The notes: generated by a model from the letters alone, not told the origin. A DNA stretch of 64,000 bases from the human T2T-CHM13v2.0 reference genome, Homo sapiens (GCF_009914755.1 NC_060928.1), one strand, 5' to 3'. Positions 40,969 to 60,793 are shown, counted from the stretch's first letter. Program-made: numbers and translations.

Positions 40969-41612
40969 TCAATGATTCTACAATTGTTCAATCATGAATG
41001 GGTCATTTATCTGACATTATCTAATATGATAATTCTAAAAGAAGAATATTATATACTTTGTATTTCTTTCAGTGCTGGGATTGAATTCTTTTAATCATTT
41101 CTTAATCTATACCTTTCCTAGGCAAATGCATTTTAAAAGTATGTTGTTGTTTGTTAATATGTCACTACTCGGTTTAAAATGCATTCTTGGCTTGTAAGAA
41201 ATTCCATATATAAGTACACAGCTTATCTGAAAGATCTTTGAAAATGATGAAATGGAGCAGAATGAATCTTACAGCAAGCAGCAGTAGGTATCTCAATACT
41301 ATCTCTTCTTAACTGCACGTCCTAACAGAAAAGACCACTCTAGCATTTTGTTATTTATGGACATAGCCTTAACCCCTCAGGTTGCTCCCAAACCAGAAAA
41401 GCATCTCTTGGTGGTGCCAGGTACATACAAAGGGAATCATTTTTCTTGATGAAAGTATGGTGGCCTTGGGATTCCAGTGCATTGGTGGTGGAAAGAAATA
41501 TTGTTGGTTCTTTCTGGAAAATAACTCTATGTGTCAAGAGTGTTAAAATATGTATACCTTTCATTCAGTAATATCACTTTCAGGAACATTTCTTTAAAAA
41601 ATAATTAGAATG

Positions 41613-41928
41613 GCCAGGCACAGTCGCTCATGCCTATAATCTCAACACTTTTGGAGGCCAAGGCGGGCGGATCACTTGAGGTCAGGAGTTTGAGACCAGC
41701 CTGGCCAACATGGTAAAACTCGTCTCTAATAAAAATACACAAAAATTAGCCAGGGCTGGTGGCATGCACCTATAGTCCCAGCTACTCAGGAGGCTGAGGC
41801 AGGAGATCTCGCTTGAACCCAGTAGATGGAGGCTGCAATTTGCCAAGATCGTGCCACTGCACTTCAGTCTGGGCAACAGAGCGAGACTCTGTCTCAAAAA
41901 TAAATAAATAAATAAATAAAAATAAAAA
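41613..41928 (+). mobile_element. AluS element with (TAAA)n tail, within old L1ME-like sequence
   Basis: Dimeric Alu; the flanks resemble degenerate L1 3' sequence. Confidence 0.9.
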
Positions 41929-42542
41929 TTTAGATATATATGTGTAAAAATGTTTATTGTGTTATTTATAATAGTAGGAGGGAAGAATGAAAAGGAAGAA
42001 AGAAGAAAGAAAAGGGGAAAGGAAGGGAGAGGAGGAGGAAGGAGAGAGAAAAAAAGAAGAAAAATAAAAAATAAAATTAGAAACAATCTAATATTCAGTA
42101 ACCAGGGAATAATTCATTAAGTTTTGATGCCCTCATATGATGGACAATTTTGCAGCCATGAAGATGATTTTATTTATCTATAGTTATGGTTGACATTTTT
42201 CAGGCATAAAAACTTCTATTGCTCAAGAAAAAAGTTAAGTACTTCCTATGGAAACAATAGACAAATGACATCAACAAGAAATTTACAAAGAAAGAAAAAA
42301 AATGGCCAGTAAACATTTAAAAAACTTAATCACTAATTGTCAAATTTAAATTTTTTAATCTATAAACTATCATTTTTTACTGTGAAATGGCAAAGATTTT
42401 TTAAAAAGTATATCCAATGCTGCCAAGAGGGCAGAGGCCTTTCTGTAAAACAGCAGTATGTATCAAAAGCTTTAAAATGTGCAAATGTTTCTACCTAGTG
42501 TATTGCTTTGAAAAAAAATTCACAGGCAAATTAAAATTTCTT

Positions 42543-42847
42543 GGCTGGGCACAGTGGCTCATGCCTGTAATTCCAACACTTTGCCTAACCAAGCTGCACT
42601 TGGGGAGGCAGAGGTGGAAGGACTGCTTGAGGCCAGGAGTTTGGGACCAGCCTGGGCAACATAGTGGGACCTCATCTCTACAAAAAATAAAAATAAAAAT
42701 TAGCACATCCTGTGTTCCTAGCTACTCAGGAGGCTGAGGCAGGAGGATCTCTTGAGTCCAGGAGTTTGAGGTTGGAGTGAGCTGTGATCATGCCAGTGGG
42801 TACTCCAGCCTGGGCAATAGAGCAAGGCCCTATCTCTTAGAAAAAAT
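42543..42847 (+). mobile_element. AluJ-type element with a ~20-bp internal insertion
   Basis: The Alu body has the extra sequence 'cctaaccaagctgcacttg' between 'cactttg' and 'ggaggc'. Confidence 0.87.
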
Positions 42848-42869
42848 TCTGAAAATTTTCTATGAAGCA

Positions 42870-46210
<3,341 letters not shown>

Positions 46211-46756
46211 GGCTTGTTAGAGAGCTCTCTCCTGCTACCCACCAGACCCTAACACATGAAAGATAGTGGGAGAAAAGGAAGAGAAAACCGGCCCTCGCAT
46301 GGCAATGAAAGAAGGAGTTCTAAGGATGGCAGATGGAGGTAGTTATAGATGAATGGATGGCAGGGAGGATATCCTTTGTGGAACACCGAAGTGGAGAGTT
46401 CTCTGAACTGCCATCCTGGACTGGCTTGCTCAGGGTTTTGGTCCACTGCAGCCTTAACATAGAACCTTGGCAGCTGGAAATTTGAACTATCTGTTTAATT
46501 TCAGCTGCTGGCCTTTTACCAAGGTTGGGGTCCTGTCCTCTACATCTGCTCCATGGAACCATATAGCAGGTAGCTGATTCTGGGCACCCGTTTTAACGGA
46601 AGAGTTTTATTTAGTTTTAAAGATAATTTCCCTCTGAGCCTTACTTGAACCCAACTTATGCTTAAATATTGAAACATTTACCAAATATCTTCTCCGTCAT
46701 CATTTAAATAAGGCTAAAGGCAACAATTTATAACCTTATTTCATACACATATTCTA

Positions 46757-46810
46757 TTAGGTTGGTGCAAAAGTAATGGCAAAACCACAATTACTTTTGC
46801 ACCAACCTAA
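46757..46810. mobile_element. Made1 (Hsmar1-derived MITE) with internal deletion
   Basis: TA-TTAGGTTGGTGCAAAAGTAAT...ATTACTTTTGCACCAACCTAA-TA; 54 bp versus the usual ~80 bp. Confidence 0.95.
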
Positions 46811-46854
46811 TAATACAAATAGCATCCTGGTAGTACTCACAGTGGCTTTTGCCT

Positions 46855-47195
46855 GTTGCAATGGACTGAATGCTTGTGATCCCCCTCCCAAATTCATATA
46901 TTTAAATGCTCATTTCAATGTGATGGTATTTGGAGGTGGGGCCTTTGGAGCAAGATTAGATCATGAGGATGGAGCCCTTATAAGAGGCCAGAGAGCTGGC
47001 TATCTTTCTTCCGGCCATGGGAACACACATGGAGAAGTTGGCAGTCTACTGCCTAGAAGAGGACCCTTACCAGAGCCCAACCATAGTGGTACCTTGATCT
47101 CAAACTTCCAGCCTCTGGAACTGTGAGAAATAAATTTCCGTTGTCTATAAGCCGCCAGTTTATGGTATTTTGTTACAGCAGCCTAAGGTAAGACT
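46855..47195 (+). mobile_element. MLT1A-type MaLR LTR
   Basis: 'atggactgaatgcttgtg...gtatttggaggtggggcctttgg...ttccagcctctggaactgtgagaaataaattt...tatggtattttgttacagcagcc'. Confidence 0.85.
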
Positions 47196-49140
47196 CTTAC
47201 CCCTTTTGGAAATTAACTACGTTTGTGCCTTGGGATTTTGGTGGGATCAGTCAAGGTGCATGTGTACATACACATGTACATACACACACTCACGAGCCAA
47301 AAGGTGGGCACACAATCCAAGCCAGGCCAACCAGACTTTGCCACAGAGTGTCAGAAAGCTGGGAAGTAAAGCTGACTCCTGCTGAAGGGGTGGTTCTTCT
47401 ATCTGTGGCCTGATTGTTCAACCCTTCCTGTGTAAGCTCCCCAGACCCTTGTAATGAATATCTGTTTTACTGGCTTTACTGGCGTTATCTGGTTCTACTG
47501 GCTTTAGCCAGTGTCTATGTCTGCCACTTGACTTCAAAACAAAACAATAAAATGACCCGAATGGGTATATTTCTACTTTATAATCTTCACACATAGCAGT
47601 CCACACAAATAAAAAGAATTTCTACAACACTCCCAGAAGGTAGAGGGAATTATTACAAAGTAAATGTAGAGGGAATTATTACAAAGTACTGAGGGAACTT
47701 ATGGGGAAGGAGCCAAAAAATGAAGATTTGTCTCAAATTCCTGTGACATCCACCAGTTCCATTTCCAGGAATTTATTCTAAGGAAATAAACAAGCAGTGA
47801 AAGATGTATGTGCTAGGTCATTGGCCACAGAGTTATTTATAAAAATAAAATATAGAAATAATCTAGATAATTATGGGTAGTAGCAGTCATTAAAAATGTA
47901 ATTAAGGCTTGTATGCATTAATACGAAAAGATGTTCTAATATACTTTTAAGTAAAAACGTGATTATAAAACAACCTAACACTTCCATTTTTACAAATACA
48001 TTTCTATATATGTAAGTATGCATACAAAAAATCTAGAAGTGAATATATAAAAATATTGGTAGTTGCTATCTGAATGGTGAGTTTATGAGTGATTTTTATT
48101 TTTCTCATTATATTTCTCAGAAATTTCCAAATTCTTTGCAAAGAGGTCTTAGTAATATGTAATCAGAAATAATCAATGAATCAAGTAACGTTCTTGAAGG
48201 ATTTTTAATAATGTAAAATGTAAAAATGTTACATTGTAAAAAAGGATAAAGTGCTATTTTTAGCATCATCTTTTAATTATATAAAAATATTCAGTGTTTT
48301 AGAAGAAAATACATCAGTATATTAATGTGCTTTTCTCTGAGAGGTTGGCTTATTAAAGATTCTAAGATTTTTATAAATAAACAGTATACCTACATATATA
48401 TGTATATATATATAAAATTTACCTAAACATCAACAAATTGAAATAAATAATATTTAAATCCAGATACCAATATGAACCCTGTTATTGCATAGGACCAGAG
48501 AATGAATTGATAATACATTAAAATTCAACCCCTTTCTATTAGGAAACTTCATCTGATTGAGGAAGATGATGATAAGAAGAATCAGAGAGAAAGGTGATCA
48601 GATCCAGTTTGGGATCCAATGTGGGGTTAACCCTAAAAAGAATTGAACTTGGCCTCTTTTTTTCTCCCCAACCCTTCTGCTAGGGCCAATATGATTCATG
48701 TCCAGTTATCCTTCTATCTCCCTTAATTATTATTATCATTAATTTGCTCCTACTGAAACTAGAATATCATTGGACAACAGTAGCCATGTCAAACCTTTAT
48801 AAGGGTGCCAACCCTTCCGTTTTTCTAAGTTGACTTATTGGGTAGAAATAACTGTTTACTGAATGTCTACCATATGCACAGCTTTGTAAGAAAAAGGAAA
48901 AATTATAAAATATGGTTAGGCAAAAAAATTAAACAATAGTTTAACAGTGACATAACAATTCAAAGTCATTCCAGGATAGTACACCACCACACCAGAGGCA
49001 GGATGACAGTAGCAAGTGTATGGGTTTAAGAGGCAGATCAGCCTCTACCACTGTTTTGTTGATGTGTGACTTTGACATATGTTATAGACCCAGTGAGAAT
49101 TGGTTTTCTCATCTGTATACTGGAGATAATAATAACTACC

Positions 49141-49681
49141 TGTGGTGTTCGGCCTCCATGATAGTTTCTAGTGATCTTGCCTTCTGGTATTCACACTTCC
49201 CGTAGTCATCTCCTGCATTGAATAGAGCTAATATGACAACAAATAGGATATTGTAGGAATTATACAGTATAATTTTCTAGGGTGAGGTCATGAGAGACCT
49301 TGTGGTTTCCACCTTGCTCTTTGCTCTGTCTTGGATCACTGGTTTTGGGAATGTCAGCTGCCATGTCATAAGGACACTCACTTAGCCTTATGGTGAAAAC
49401 TACATGGCGAAGAACTGGGTCCTCTCACCAACATCCAGTGCCAACTTGCCATGCATGTGAGTGAGCCATCTTGGAGGCAGATCTTTAGCCCCTTCCACAC
49501 CTTCAGATGACTGCAGCCCTAGCCAGCATCATGACTGCCATGCCACAAAACCTGAGCCAGAACCACTTGGTAAGCCACTTCTGATTTCCTGACCCACAGA
49601 AACTGAGATAATCACTGGTGATTGTTTTAAGCCACTACATTTTGGGGGATAATTTGTTATGCAGCAATAGCTAACTAATAC
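49141..49681 (+). mobile_element. MLT1F-type MaLR LTR inserted in a MIR
   Basis: 'tgtgagtgagccatcttggaggcagat...ccttcagatgactgcagccc...cctgacccacagaaactg...atttgttatgcagcaatagctaactaatac'. Confidence 0.85.
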
Positions 49682-50351
49682 TCTAGATTATGATGTATTA
49701 GTGTTATTTATTTGCTTTATCTGCTGCTCCAACATCAGACAATTGAGAGTGCAGGGTCTGGGACAGCATCTTTGGGAAAGAGAAGGGATGCCAAGAGTTA
49801 TAGACAGAGGTGCAATTTGTATATGAGGGTGCATAAGGATAGCCCTGGTGGGAAGATTTGGTTTTCTCTGTAAGCAGGAAGCATGATATAGCTGCTAGAG
49901 GAAATGACAAGTAATAGAGAAAACAAAAACAGGGTTAGACAGCATGAACGTATAGTGATCTGAGCTGCAGGGTTCTTTTCTTTCTCCATCAATTCTCTGT
50001 GATCTAGGGGTAAAAGGATTAAAATAAACAGCAACTGGGGAAAGACCAAGTGAAAAGTTCGATGACCAAGAGCATTGGCAGGGAGGACTGATGCCCATGG
50101 TTGTAACATGTGAATTTCTTCTACCTGAACACTGATTTATACTGTGAAATTACCAATATTTGGTACAAAAAAATGTCAATTTCATATAGTTCAACCCATA
50201 TTCATTCTAAAGAGTAAATCTACATCTTCCTGGAGGAGTTTGGGTGGTTGAGATCACTGATGAGGAAGAAGCAAGTTTCTTAAGAAAGCCCATCTTGAGA
50301 AAAACCCCTACAGATTAAAGTGAGTTTTCCCAATGCCTGGAACAAGTAAAC

Positions 50352-50651
50352 TTTTTTTTTTTTTTTTTTTGAGATGGAGTCTTGCTCCGTAGCCAGGTGG
50401 GAGTGCAGTGGCGTGATCTCGGCTTAGTGCAACCTCCGCCTCCTGGGTTCAAGCGATTCCCCTGCCTCAACCTCCTGAGTAGCTGGGACTACAGGTGCGC
50501 ACCACCATGCCCAGCTAATTTTTTGTATTTTAGTAGAGACGGGGTTTCACCATGTTGGCCAGGATGGTCTCGATCTCCTGACCTCAGGTGATCCGCCTGC
50601 CTCGGCCTCCCAAAGTGCTGGGATTACAGGCATGAGCCACCGCGCCCGGCC
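50352..50651 (-). mobile_element. AluS element
   Basis: Poly(T) followed by an antisense Alu ending 'cgcgcccggcc'. Confidence 0.93.
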
Positions 50652-51775
50652 CACATAAACTCTTAAAAATTTTAAAAATAGATATACATGCACGTAATTC
50701 AAAAAAGGAAGATACAGAAACATAAAAGAAGATAAGTAAGTCTCCATCTGCACTATTTGTTTTCAGCCGCAAGCAATAGAAACCTCATACCTGACTGGTA
50801 GGGAAATGTATTCACTCTCTTACCAGAGATGCGAGATGGGGTTCAGTTAGTTGATTTAGCAGCTTCACCGTATTATCAAGGACACAGATTCTTTCTGTTT
50901 TTCTACTCTGCTCTCTACTGCCTGGGCTTCAGCCTAAGGCTAATTTATTTCACAGTTGTCAAATGGAAACAGTTGGGCTTCATCCTTCCTTATTTGTGTC
51001 CAACTGACTTTCTGTGAATTTGTCCTTAGAGTAAGAAAGCAAATTCTAGAACCTTCCAGCAAACCTCTCCTCTGCTCTCCTCTCATTCACTGGACAGAAT
51101 TGGGTCACATATCTCTTCTTTAACAAATCACTGTCAGGGGAAAGGAATCATACCTGTAACAATCAGAGCCATCCCTGGCTAAAAAGTCCATTTTCCAAAT
51201 GCATTTGTGTAGAATGGATGTGGTTGAGTCACTCACAATGTTCATCACCTTGACCCACACCTGCTGCACGTGCTCTTTCACAAAAGCAAACACTATTCTC
51301 AATCTCTAGTGCATCCTTCTGAAGATGCATGTTCATTTAGATGCATTCTCTTCCCTTTTTACAGAAGTGGTAGTGCAGCATACATGTTGTCTTACACATT
51401 GTTTTTTTTTTCATAGTATACACTATTGGTAAATGTTTAATGAATAAATGCTAAGTTCAGAAACATATATTTTGTAAGCCAGGTGGCTTTTATCCTAATT
51501 ATGTATTTTCTTGTTTGCCTTTTGTACTCCACTAGCATTAAGCTTTTTTAAGTTCCAGCAATTTCAGTTTTGCTAAGGGGAAAACAAGGAAGAGTCTTTG
51601 TGTGGACTGGGGCCAGGGTATTAAAGGGGATCAGCAGATCCTGAGTGCCAATATAGTAGTGGCAGCAGACAGAAGAGAATCCCAAGGGGTATGTAAAATA
51701 ATATAATAACAACAATAATAGTGCCTCCTATGTACTAGATTGTGCTAAACATATATTCAGTAAGAACCAAGTTGG

Positions 51776-52066
51776 GGCCGGGCGCAGTGGCTCACACCTG
51801 TAAACTCAGCACTTTGGGAGGCCGAGGCGGGCGGATCATGAGGTCAGGAGATTGAGACCATCCTGGCTAACACAGTGAAACCCTGTCTCTACTAAAAATA
51901 CAAAAAATTAGCCAGGCGTGGTGGCAGGCGCCTATAGTCTCAGCTACTCGGGAGGCTGAGGCACGAGAATGGCATGAACCCGGGAGGTGGAGCTGGCAGT
52001 GAGCTGAGTGGGCAACAGAGTGAGACTCCGTCTCACAAAAAAAAAAAAAGAAAAAAAAAAGAAAAA
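51776..52066 (+). mobile_element. AluY-type element with an internal right-arm deletion
   Basis: 'gatcatgaggtcaggagattgagaccatcctggctaacacagtg'; TSD AAGAACCAAGTTGG at 51762-51775 and 52067-52080. Confidence 0.92.
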
Positions 52067-52689
52067 AAGAACCAAGTTGGGTCTCCTTGGTTGGCTGTCT
52101 CTTCACAACTAATGATTCTCCTTCAAATGCTAGACCTTATGATTTGTAGTGTTTTCACAATGGAGGTGATTCTCTTAGCCTTTGTGAGTGAAACTCCAAG
52201 AGCTATATTAAGAAAGATATGAGTGCTGAGGAGGCAACATAGCTTGTTGAGAGATGTGGGTGGTGTAGGGTAACAAACTTGGGCTTGAATCCTAGCTCTA
52301 CCACTTATTAATTTCACAGTGTAATTAGACATTGGATAACGTGGATGATTTTGTTTTGTTTTGTTTTTTGTAGAGATGGGTCCTTGCTATGTTGCCCAGG
52401 CTGGTCTCAAACACCTGGCCTCAAGCCATCCTCCTGCCTTGACCTCCCAAAGTGGATAATATTCTTATTGTCTCTGTGCTTTAGTATCCTCATCAAAAAA
52501 TGGAGAAATGCCAGAGGATTGCTGTGATGATTAAATGAGAGATGCATACAAAATACTTTGCATGGTGCCTGAGACAGAAAAGCATTCAACAAATCTAAGC
52601 AAAAGTTTGATGGCATGTGATAACTTGTAGAGAAAGAGGTCCACTCTTACAGGTTTTGATATCACAAAAACAATATTAGTACAGCAATT

Positions 52690-54745
52690 TTTTTTTATTG
52701 ATGTTTAACCTGTATACAACCATACCCATTTTAAGTGTACAGACAAATGAATTTTGACAAATTCATTCACTCATCTAATCATCACTATAACCATGATACA
52801 GATTTTTATCACTCCAAAAGTCCATCCTGTGCTCTTTTCAAGTCCATCCTCCTCATCTGATACCCCAAGCCACCATTGTTTTGCTTTCTGTAACTACAGT
52901 TTTGTGTTTTTAGAATTTCATATATGTTGAATCATACCATTTGTAATTTTGGGGTCTGACGTCTTTCACTCAGAATAATGTATTTGAGATTTATCTACAT
53001 TTTGCATGTATCCATGGTTTATTTTATACCAAAGCAGGGTTCTATTATGTAAATATAGGTACCACAATTTGTTTGTCAGTTAACCTGTTGTTGAACTCTT
53101 GGGCTGTTTCATTTTTTGGCTGCTATGCATAAAGCTGCTATGAATGCTTTTTTGTGGACTCATTATTTCTGTCGTGTAACTATTTTTTAGTGTAAATGTA
53201 GAGTCATATGGTAAATATATGTTTAACTACATAAGAAACTGCCAATCTGTTTTCCAAAGTGCTTGTACATTTTGCATTTTCACCAACTGCAATGGTTTGG
53301 ATGTGGTCTGTCCCTACTGGAATGCATATTGAAATTTTATCCCCAGTGTGGTGGTGTTGGGAGGTAGGCTAGTGGAAGGTGTTTGGGTGAGGGAGATGGA
53401 TCCCTCAAGAATAGATGAATGCCCTCCTACAGAGGTGAGTAGTTCTTGCTCTGAGAGAATGAATTAGTTCCCATGATAGCAAGTTGTTAAAAATGAGTTT
53501 GGCTTCCTTGGCTTCTCTCTCTTGCATCCTCTCTCACAATGTGATCTTTACACACACTCTCTCTTTCTGCTTTCTGTCATGAGTTGAAGCAACATGAGGC
53601 CTTCATCAGATGCAGCTGCCCAATCTTGACTCTTCTAGTCACCACAATCATAAGCCCAATAAACCTCTTTTTTAAAGTAAAATATCCAGCCTCAGGTATT
53701 CTGTTATACCAACACTAAACAAAGACAGCAACAAGGCATCAGAGTTCCAGTACTCCACATCTTCCCGAACAACTGGAATCATCAGTCTTTCTAATTTTCA
53801 CCATTCTACTAGGAGGCATACAATTGTACTTTAATTTGCATTTCTCTGATGACTAATGATGTTGACCACCATTTCACATGCATTTGGCCAAACATGTATC
53901 TTCTTTTATTATGTGTATGTTCACATATTTTGTCATTATTATTTTTTGCAAATAGTGTAGGTATTTTTCCCCAGTCTGTGGCTTACCTTTTTAGTTTCTT
54001 AGTGGTGTATTTTGAGGAGCAAAAATTTGAAGTTTGATAATATCCAGTTGGTTAGTGCTTTCTGTGTCTCCTCTACAAAACTGTTGCCTAACCCACAGTC
54101 ATGAAGAGTTTTTCTTTGTTTTCTTCTAAACAAAGCTTTACTGTTTACATTTAGGTTTATGATCCATTGGATTCAATCTTGTGTATAGGTGAAATAAGGT
54201 TTGAGGTTCTTTTCTTCTATATGGATATCCAATAGTCCCAGTATGATTAGTTGAAAAGATTGTCCTTTCCCATAGAATTATCTTGGCACTTGTGCCAACA
54301 ATCAATTGACCATATGTGTCTATATGTAGACTTTCCATATGCTCTCCCACTGGACTATATGATTGTATGTTGGCCGATTCCATGTCTTGATTATTGTAGC
54401 TTTTTAGTTAAGTATTGAAATTGCACAGTGTAAGTTATCCAACTTTGTTCATAGGTCTTTTGTGTTTTCACATACATTTTACAATCAGATTGTTAATTTC
54501 TATTTTTAAAAAAAGCTTGCTTGGATTTCAATTGGGATTATATTGAATCTGTAGATCAATTTAGGGAGAATTACATATTAACAATATTGAGTCTTTCAAT
54601 CCATGATCATGGTATATTTCTCCATTACTTTAGGCTTCCTTTAATTTCTCTCAACACAGTTTTATAGGTTTTTAGAGTACAGATCTTACACATATTTTGA
54701 TAAACTTATCTCTATTTTGTTTTTGATATTGTTGTACAATAATTG
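52690..54745 (-). mobile_element. L1M fragment (3' end/ORF2) interrupted by an MST LTR (about 53288-53730, +)
   Basis: Antisense L1 motifs 'aagaaactgccaatctgttttccaaagtg', 'tttaatttgcatttctctgatgactaatgatgttg' and 'attgaatctgtagatcaatttaggg'; MST 'tggtttggatgtggtctgtccc...cagcctcaggtattctgttata'. Confidence 0.85.
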
Positions 54746-55654
54746 TTTATATGGTTATTTCATTATAATAATGATCCTATGAGGTAAATATGAGCTTAAT
54801 TTATTAGTTAACAAATGCAGCTCAAAGAGATCAAAAGGTTGGCTTAATATCATATGATTGGCTAATCCCATTTCTGGAAATGTATCTTGCAGATATACTT
54901 TCACATGTTAAAAATGACTAGTACAAGGTTATTATTGCGGCATGGTTTATCATGATAAAAGACTGAAAAAACCTTGAGTGTATCCATGAGACTTTATCAG
55001 TGATATAGCCTTAGAAACAGTAGGCAGCTGTATAAATGAATGAAGAAGGTAACTATGTATCTATATAAAAGGAACTGCAAAATATATTAAGTGAAAAAAA
55101 GATACAGAATGTTATACATAGTATATTTTTTCTTTCATGTACAATATGGGGTAAGGTAGGAAATAAGGATACATATTTATATCTGTTGCAAATTGCTTAG
55201 AAAAACTCTGGAAAGATACATGACACAATAATAAAGTATTTACCTCTTGTTGGGAGGCATGAGGACTGGATAGATGGTGAATAGAGTGGAAACTTCATTC
55301 TGCATCATTTTATGTTTTTTAAAAAACTGTGTAAGTATATTACCTCTGAGACTGCTGATTTCCTCTCAGTGTCCATTTTTCATTTCTTCCTTTTACAAGT
55401 AGGACATCCCCCCTGAGTTTTTGGAGGGCATATCCTAGCCTCCTCTGCAGCTAAGTACATTCCTGTGACTGAATTTTTGCCAGTGGAATGTGAACACAGG
55501 TGACTTATATTATTTCCATGTCACTTCCTTAAATGGAAACTAATATCTTCCACTTTCTTTTCTTTACCCTTTCCATGGGCTAGAATGTGGATATGGTGCT
55601 GGTGAGACTGTTTTGATCAGAGTAGATAAGGTAACAATCGGAAATAAACATCTA

Positions 55655-55956
<302 letters not shown>

Positions 55957-56899
55957 CCATCTATTTTTCTTTAACCAATGACTCTTGGGATATTCCCATT
56001 ACAGCAGCTTCGCCTATATCCAAATACATCAACTTAAAAATTTTGCATAGCTCATGATGTTTGACAGTGTAGGAACACGAACGCAAGTGTCCTGGCTTCC
56101 AAGTCCATGTTTTCTCTGCTGATGAGTAGGAAGGCAGTCTTGCAATGGCTAGTTCGTTATCTTCCTAAAGTGTGGAATGATGACTCATGAAGCATAATCT
56201 GCCAAAATTCATGATACCAGCCAACCTACAGCCACTTCTGCTGATTCAGATGGGACTCAATAAAACAGACAGAAGTAAGGTGAAATATAATGCTGATGAC
56301 TTTTGAAATCTCAGCCTGGAAAGAGAGAATTAGTGGTAAAGCAAATTGAACTTGGGAAAATTAACAAAATGAACATAATCCAATAGGTATCGGTACATGA
56401 GGTAGCAAGGAAATTATGACTGAAATATTATAAGTCAAGGAAATTTTATCTCATTCAAAAGGAACAAGTCTACAGTAAGGGAGATGAGGGTGCAGAGTAA
56501 CCCCTGCATCAGAGAGTTATTCAGCTGGTAGAAATGGACAGTGGTAGAATGGTAGATAGCAAATAGGACGAGACAAAAGGTGAGAAGGTGTAAGTGACAT
56601 GGCTGTCAGAATATACAAGTGCATATGATTCTCTTCTAATTCAGTGGCAGTATCTAGTATTCAGAGGGACATCCACCACATAAATTTTCTAGGCTCATGA
56701 AAAAGAATAATAACTGTCACCACAATGACTGGCCACAGGGAGAAAGGAATTATCTGAGAAGGAGTGATGCCAGAGCCAGGGGAAACTGACCCAGCTCCAG
56801 GGCTGGCTGCCAAACAGAGTGGCCAGCAAGCCAAGTCATCTTACTCTAAGGAGCATGTCACTTCACAGGACATACTTATTGCAATCAGATTTTTTAAAC

Positions 56900-57530
56900 A
56901 GCGTGCTTTAAAGAGTACCATAGCCTATAAGAATGGAAATGTCCCTGCAGGCTTAGATAATTTTTGCCTTTAAAAAGAATACAAAGACTTTTTTTAAATT
57001 TATTTTTTTGTTTTTCAAGTAATACTTGCCACAAGAGGGTGAACAAGAAAGGATGGAAGCTACTGCTTCGTGCTGATGACATAATGCTATCAGATGACAA
57101 AGAAAAGGTAAAACTCAAGTTTTAATTTATTTGTCTCCTCTCCCAAAGAGACTAATGTTTTAATGAAAAAAGGTAGAATAAACATGATTTAAAGGCTACT
57201 AAAATCCAGCATGGTAAGCAAGCAATCGATTGCTTTAAATGAGTTTCTAGGCCTAAATGAATTATCCATGCAAGAGATTTCATAAGTGATCGTAAAGGTA
57301 ATTACTCACTTTCCAGAAGCCAGAGAAAAATAAGAAATGATAAAAGATTGAAGAAGGGCAAATATTGTCTTGATTTTCAAAGATAATAAAAAGTGGTAGG
57401 GGCAAAGAAGAGTCAGAGTTACTGGTAAATTTAACATTGCCTAACAATTTTCTAGAATGATTTTTAAATGCATTTTTTTAACAAAGAAAAGAAGAGATAA
57501 TCACTGGAGCCTATGTGAGTTTATAAATGA
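56900..57530 (+). mobile_element. L3/CR1 LINE ORF2 fossil
   Basis: 'gattgaagaagggcaaatattgtcttgattttcaaa' translates as D*RRANIVLIFK, resembling the CR1 ORF2 motif DW(R/K)xANVxPIFKKG. Very degenerate. Confidence 0.55.
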
Positions 57531-57844
57531 CGGTTTCAATGTTTTTGCCTTCCATGTTTATCAGAATCTCAGTGGATCCTGTATCTTGTAAACTTGCTGA
57601 GTTCATTTATTACTTCTAATGATTTTTTAGTGGATTCCTTAGGATTTTCTGTATATTTGTGTTATCTGTGAATAGAGAGTTTTACTTTTTCCTCTCAAAT
57701 GTAGATGCATTTTACAATGTTTTAATGAACATTTTTACATATTGTGTTGCAGAAGGAGTTCAGGATCAGTCAGTTCAGGACAGTCAGTTAAACCATCCAA
57801 AATTAAAGTGGCAATAGCTAACTTATCACCTGTTTTGTGTGTGT

Positions 57845-59071
<1,227 letters not shown>

Positions 59072-60262
59072 TAAATTGGGGTTCAATTAAAAAGGGAATA
59101 GACCCTAAATTACTAACAATGTCAAATATTCACTATAGCTGTTTTCTAAAATGCAAATTTTCTTTGCTTAAAGACCTCCTTGACTCTTCATTACCTTAGT
59201 ATGGCAATAAAAATTATTCATTTCCTAGTCTTTACCCTCATCTCCAACTCAAAATTTATTGAATATACCAGACCATGTGACAGAAGCTAATAGACAAAAA
59301 AGCACTCTTACCTTGAGACATTCACAGTCTAGTGACAGAAGCGTGATAGTACGACCACTTCTTGATTGCTTAATATGTCTAAAGCAGAGTTTACTGGCAA
59401 TAATAGCTGGGGTGGCCATAAGTCCTTGTTTTTCCTATTGTCCTGACATCATTACTATCAGCACAAACCCCCTTTTCCCAGCCTCAAAAGTTTCTCAGTT
59501 TGGACAGAAATTATAGGTCATTCTAATAATAATAATACAGTATTTTCTCAGTTAACTCTCAAAACAATTCTGTGAAGGAATGAGATGTTCATTCCTACTG
59601 GATAATGTGAGTAGAGTTTTATAAAAAGACTATTTGCAAAGGTATGTGCAAAATGAAGGGAAACCATAGGGGTTTACTCTGGGTCACCCTAGGGAGGGAT
59701 ACTGGCTGCTTCCTTTGGTTGAGGGAGGCAACCAGCCTGCAATGGTGCCATAGTAAGGGAGCCAGGGGGGAATAAATAACCATACTCCTTCCTCTTTGTT
59801 CCATCGCTGTTGCTTCCTAGTGCCTTCACTCAACTGGAAGCTAGAGGGAAAGAAAGTCTCTTGAGTTAAGGCTCCAAAGGACAGACAGCAGGTTGGAGAG
59901 TGGATCTGGCTAACAGAACACGTCCTCCCCCAGGACTCACTGTTACTACCCTATTTTACAATAGAAAAAAAAAAATGAGATGAAAGTTTAACTTATTTGA
60001 TATAACAAAGCTCATAAGTGATCATCTGTAGCTGAAGTGCCAGGTTCTCCCCACTCTGCCACTCTCTCGCTAAGGCTCCAACATTCTAGCAATGCCAGGA
60101 TACCCACCCTCCCCATAGCATCCTCACATCCCAAATGAGATGTTGGAATATGTAACGTTAAGTTTTGCTGATTAGAATAAACTAACCTACCCACCAAGGT
60201 AGGGCATTCACATTCTTACAATCTAAGCAGATGAGTTTACAGCATATACATTCACAAAATAA

Positions 60263-60793
<531 letters not shown>

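Noticed and set aside
56110-56310. AP-1 (TGACTCA at 56181) and MARE/ARE-like motifs as a SEPTIN11 upstream enhancer
   Set aside because: The motifs are short and expected by chance at this frequency; this cannot be supported without chromatin data.
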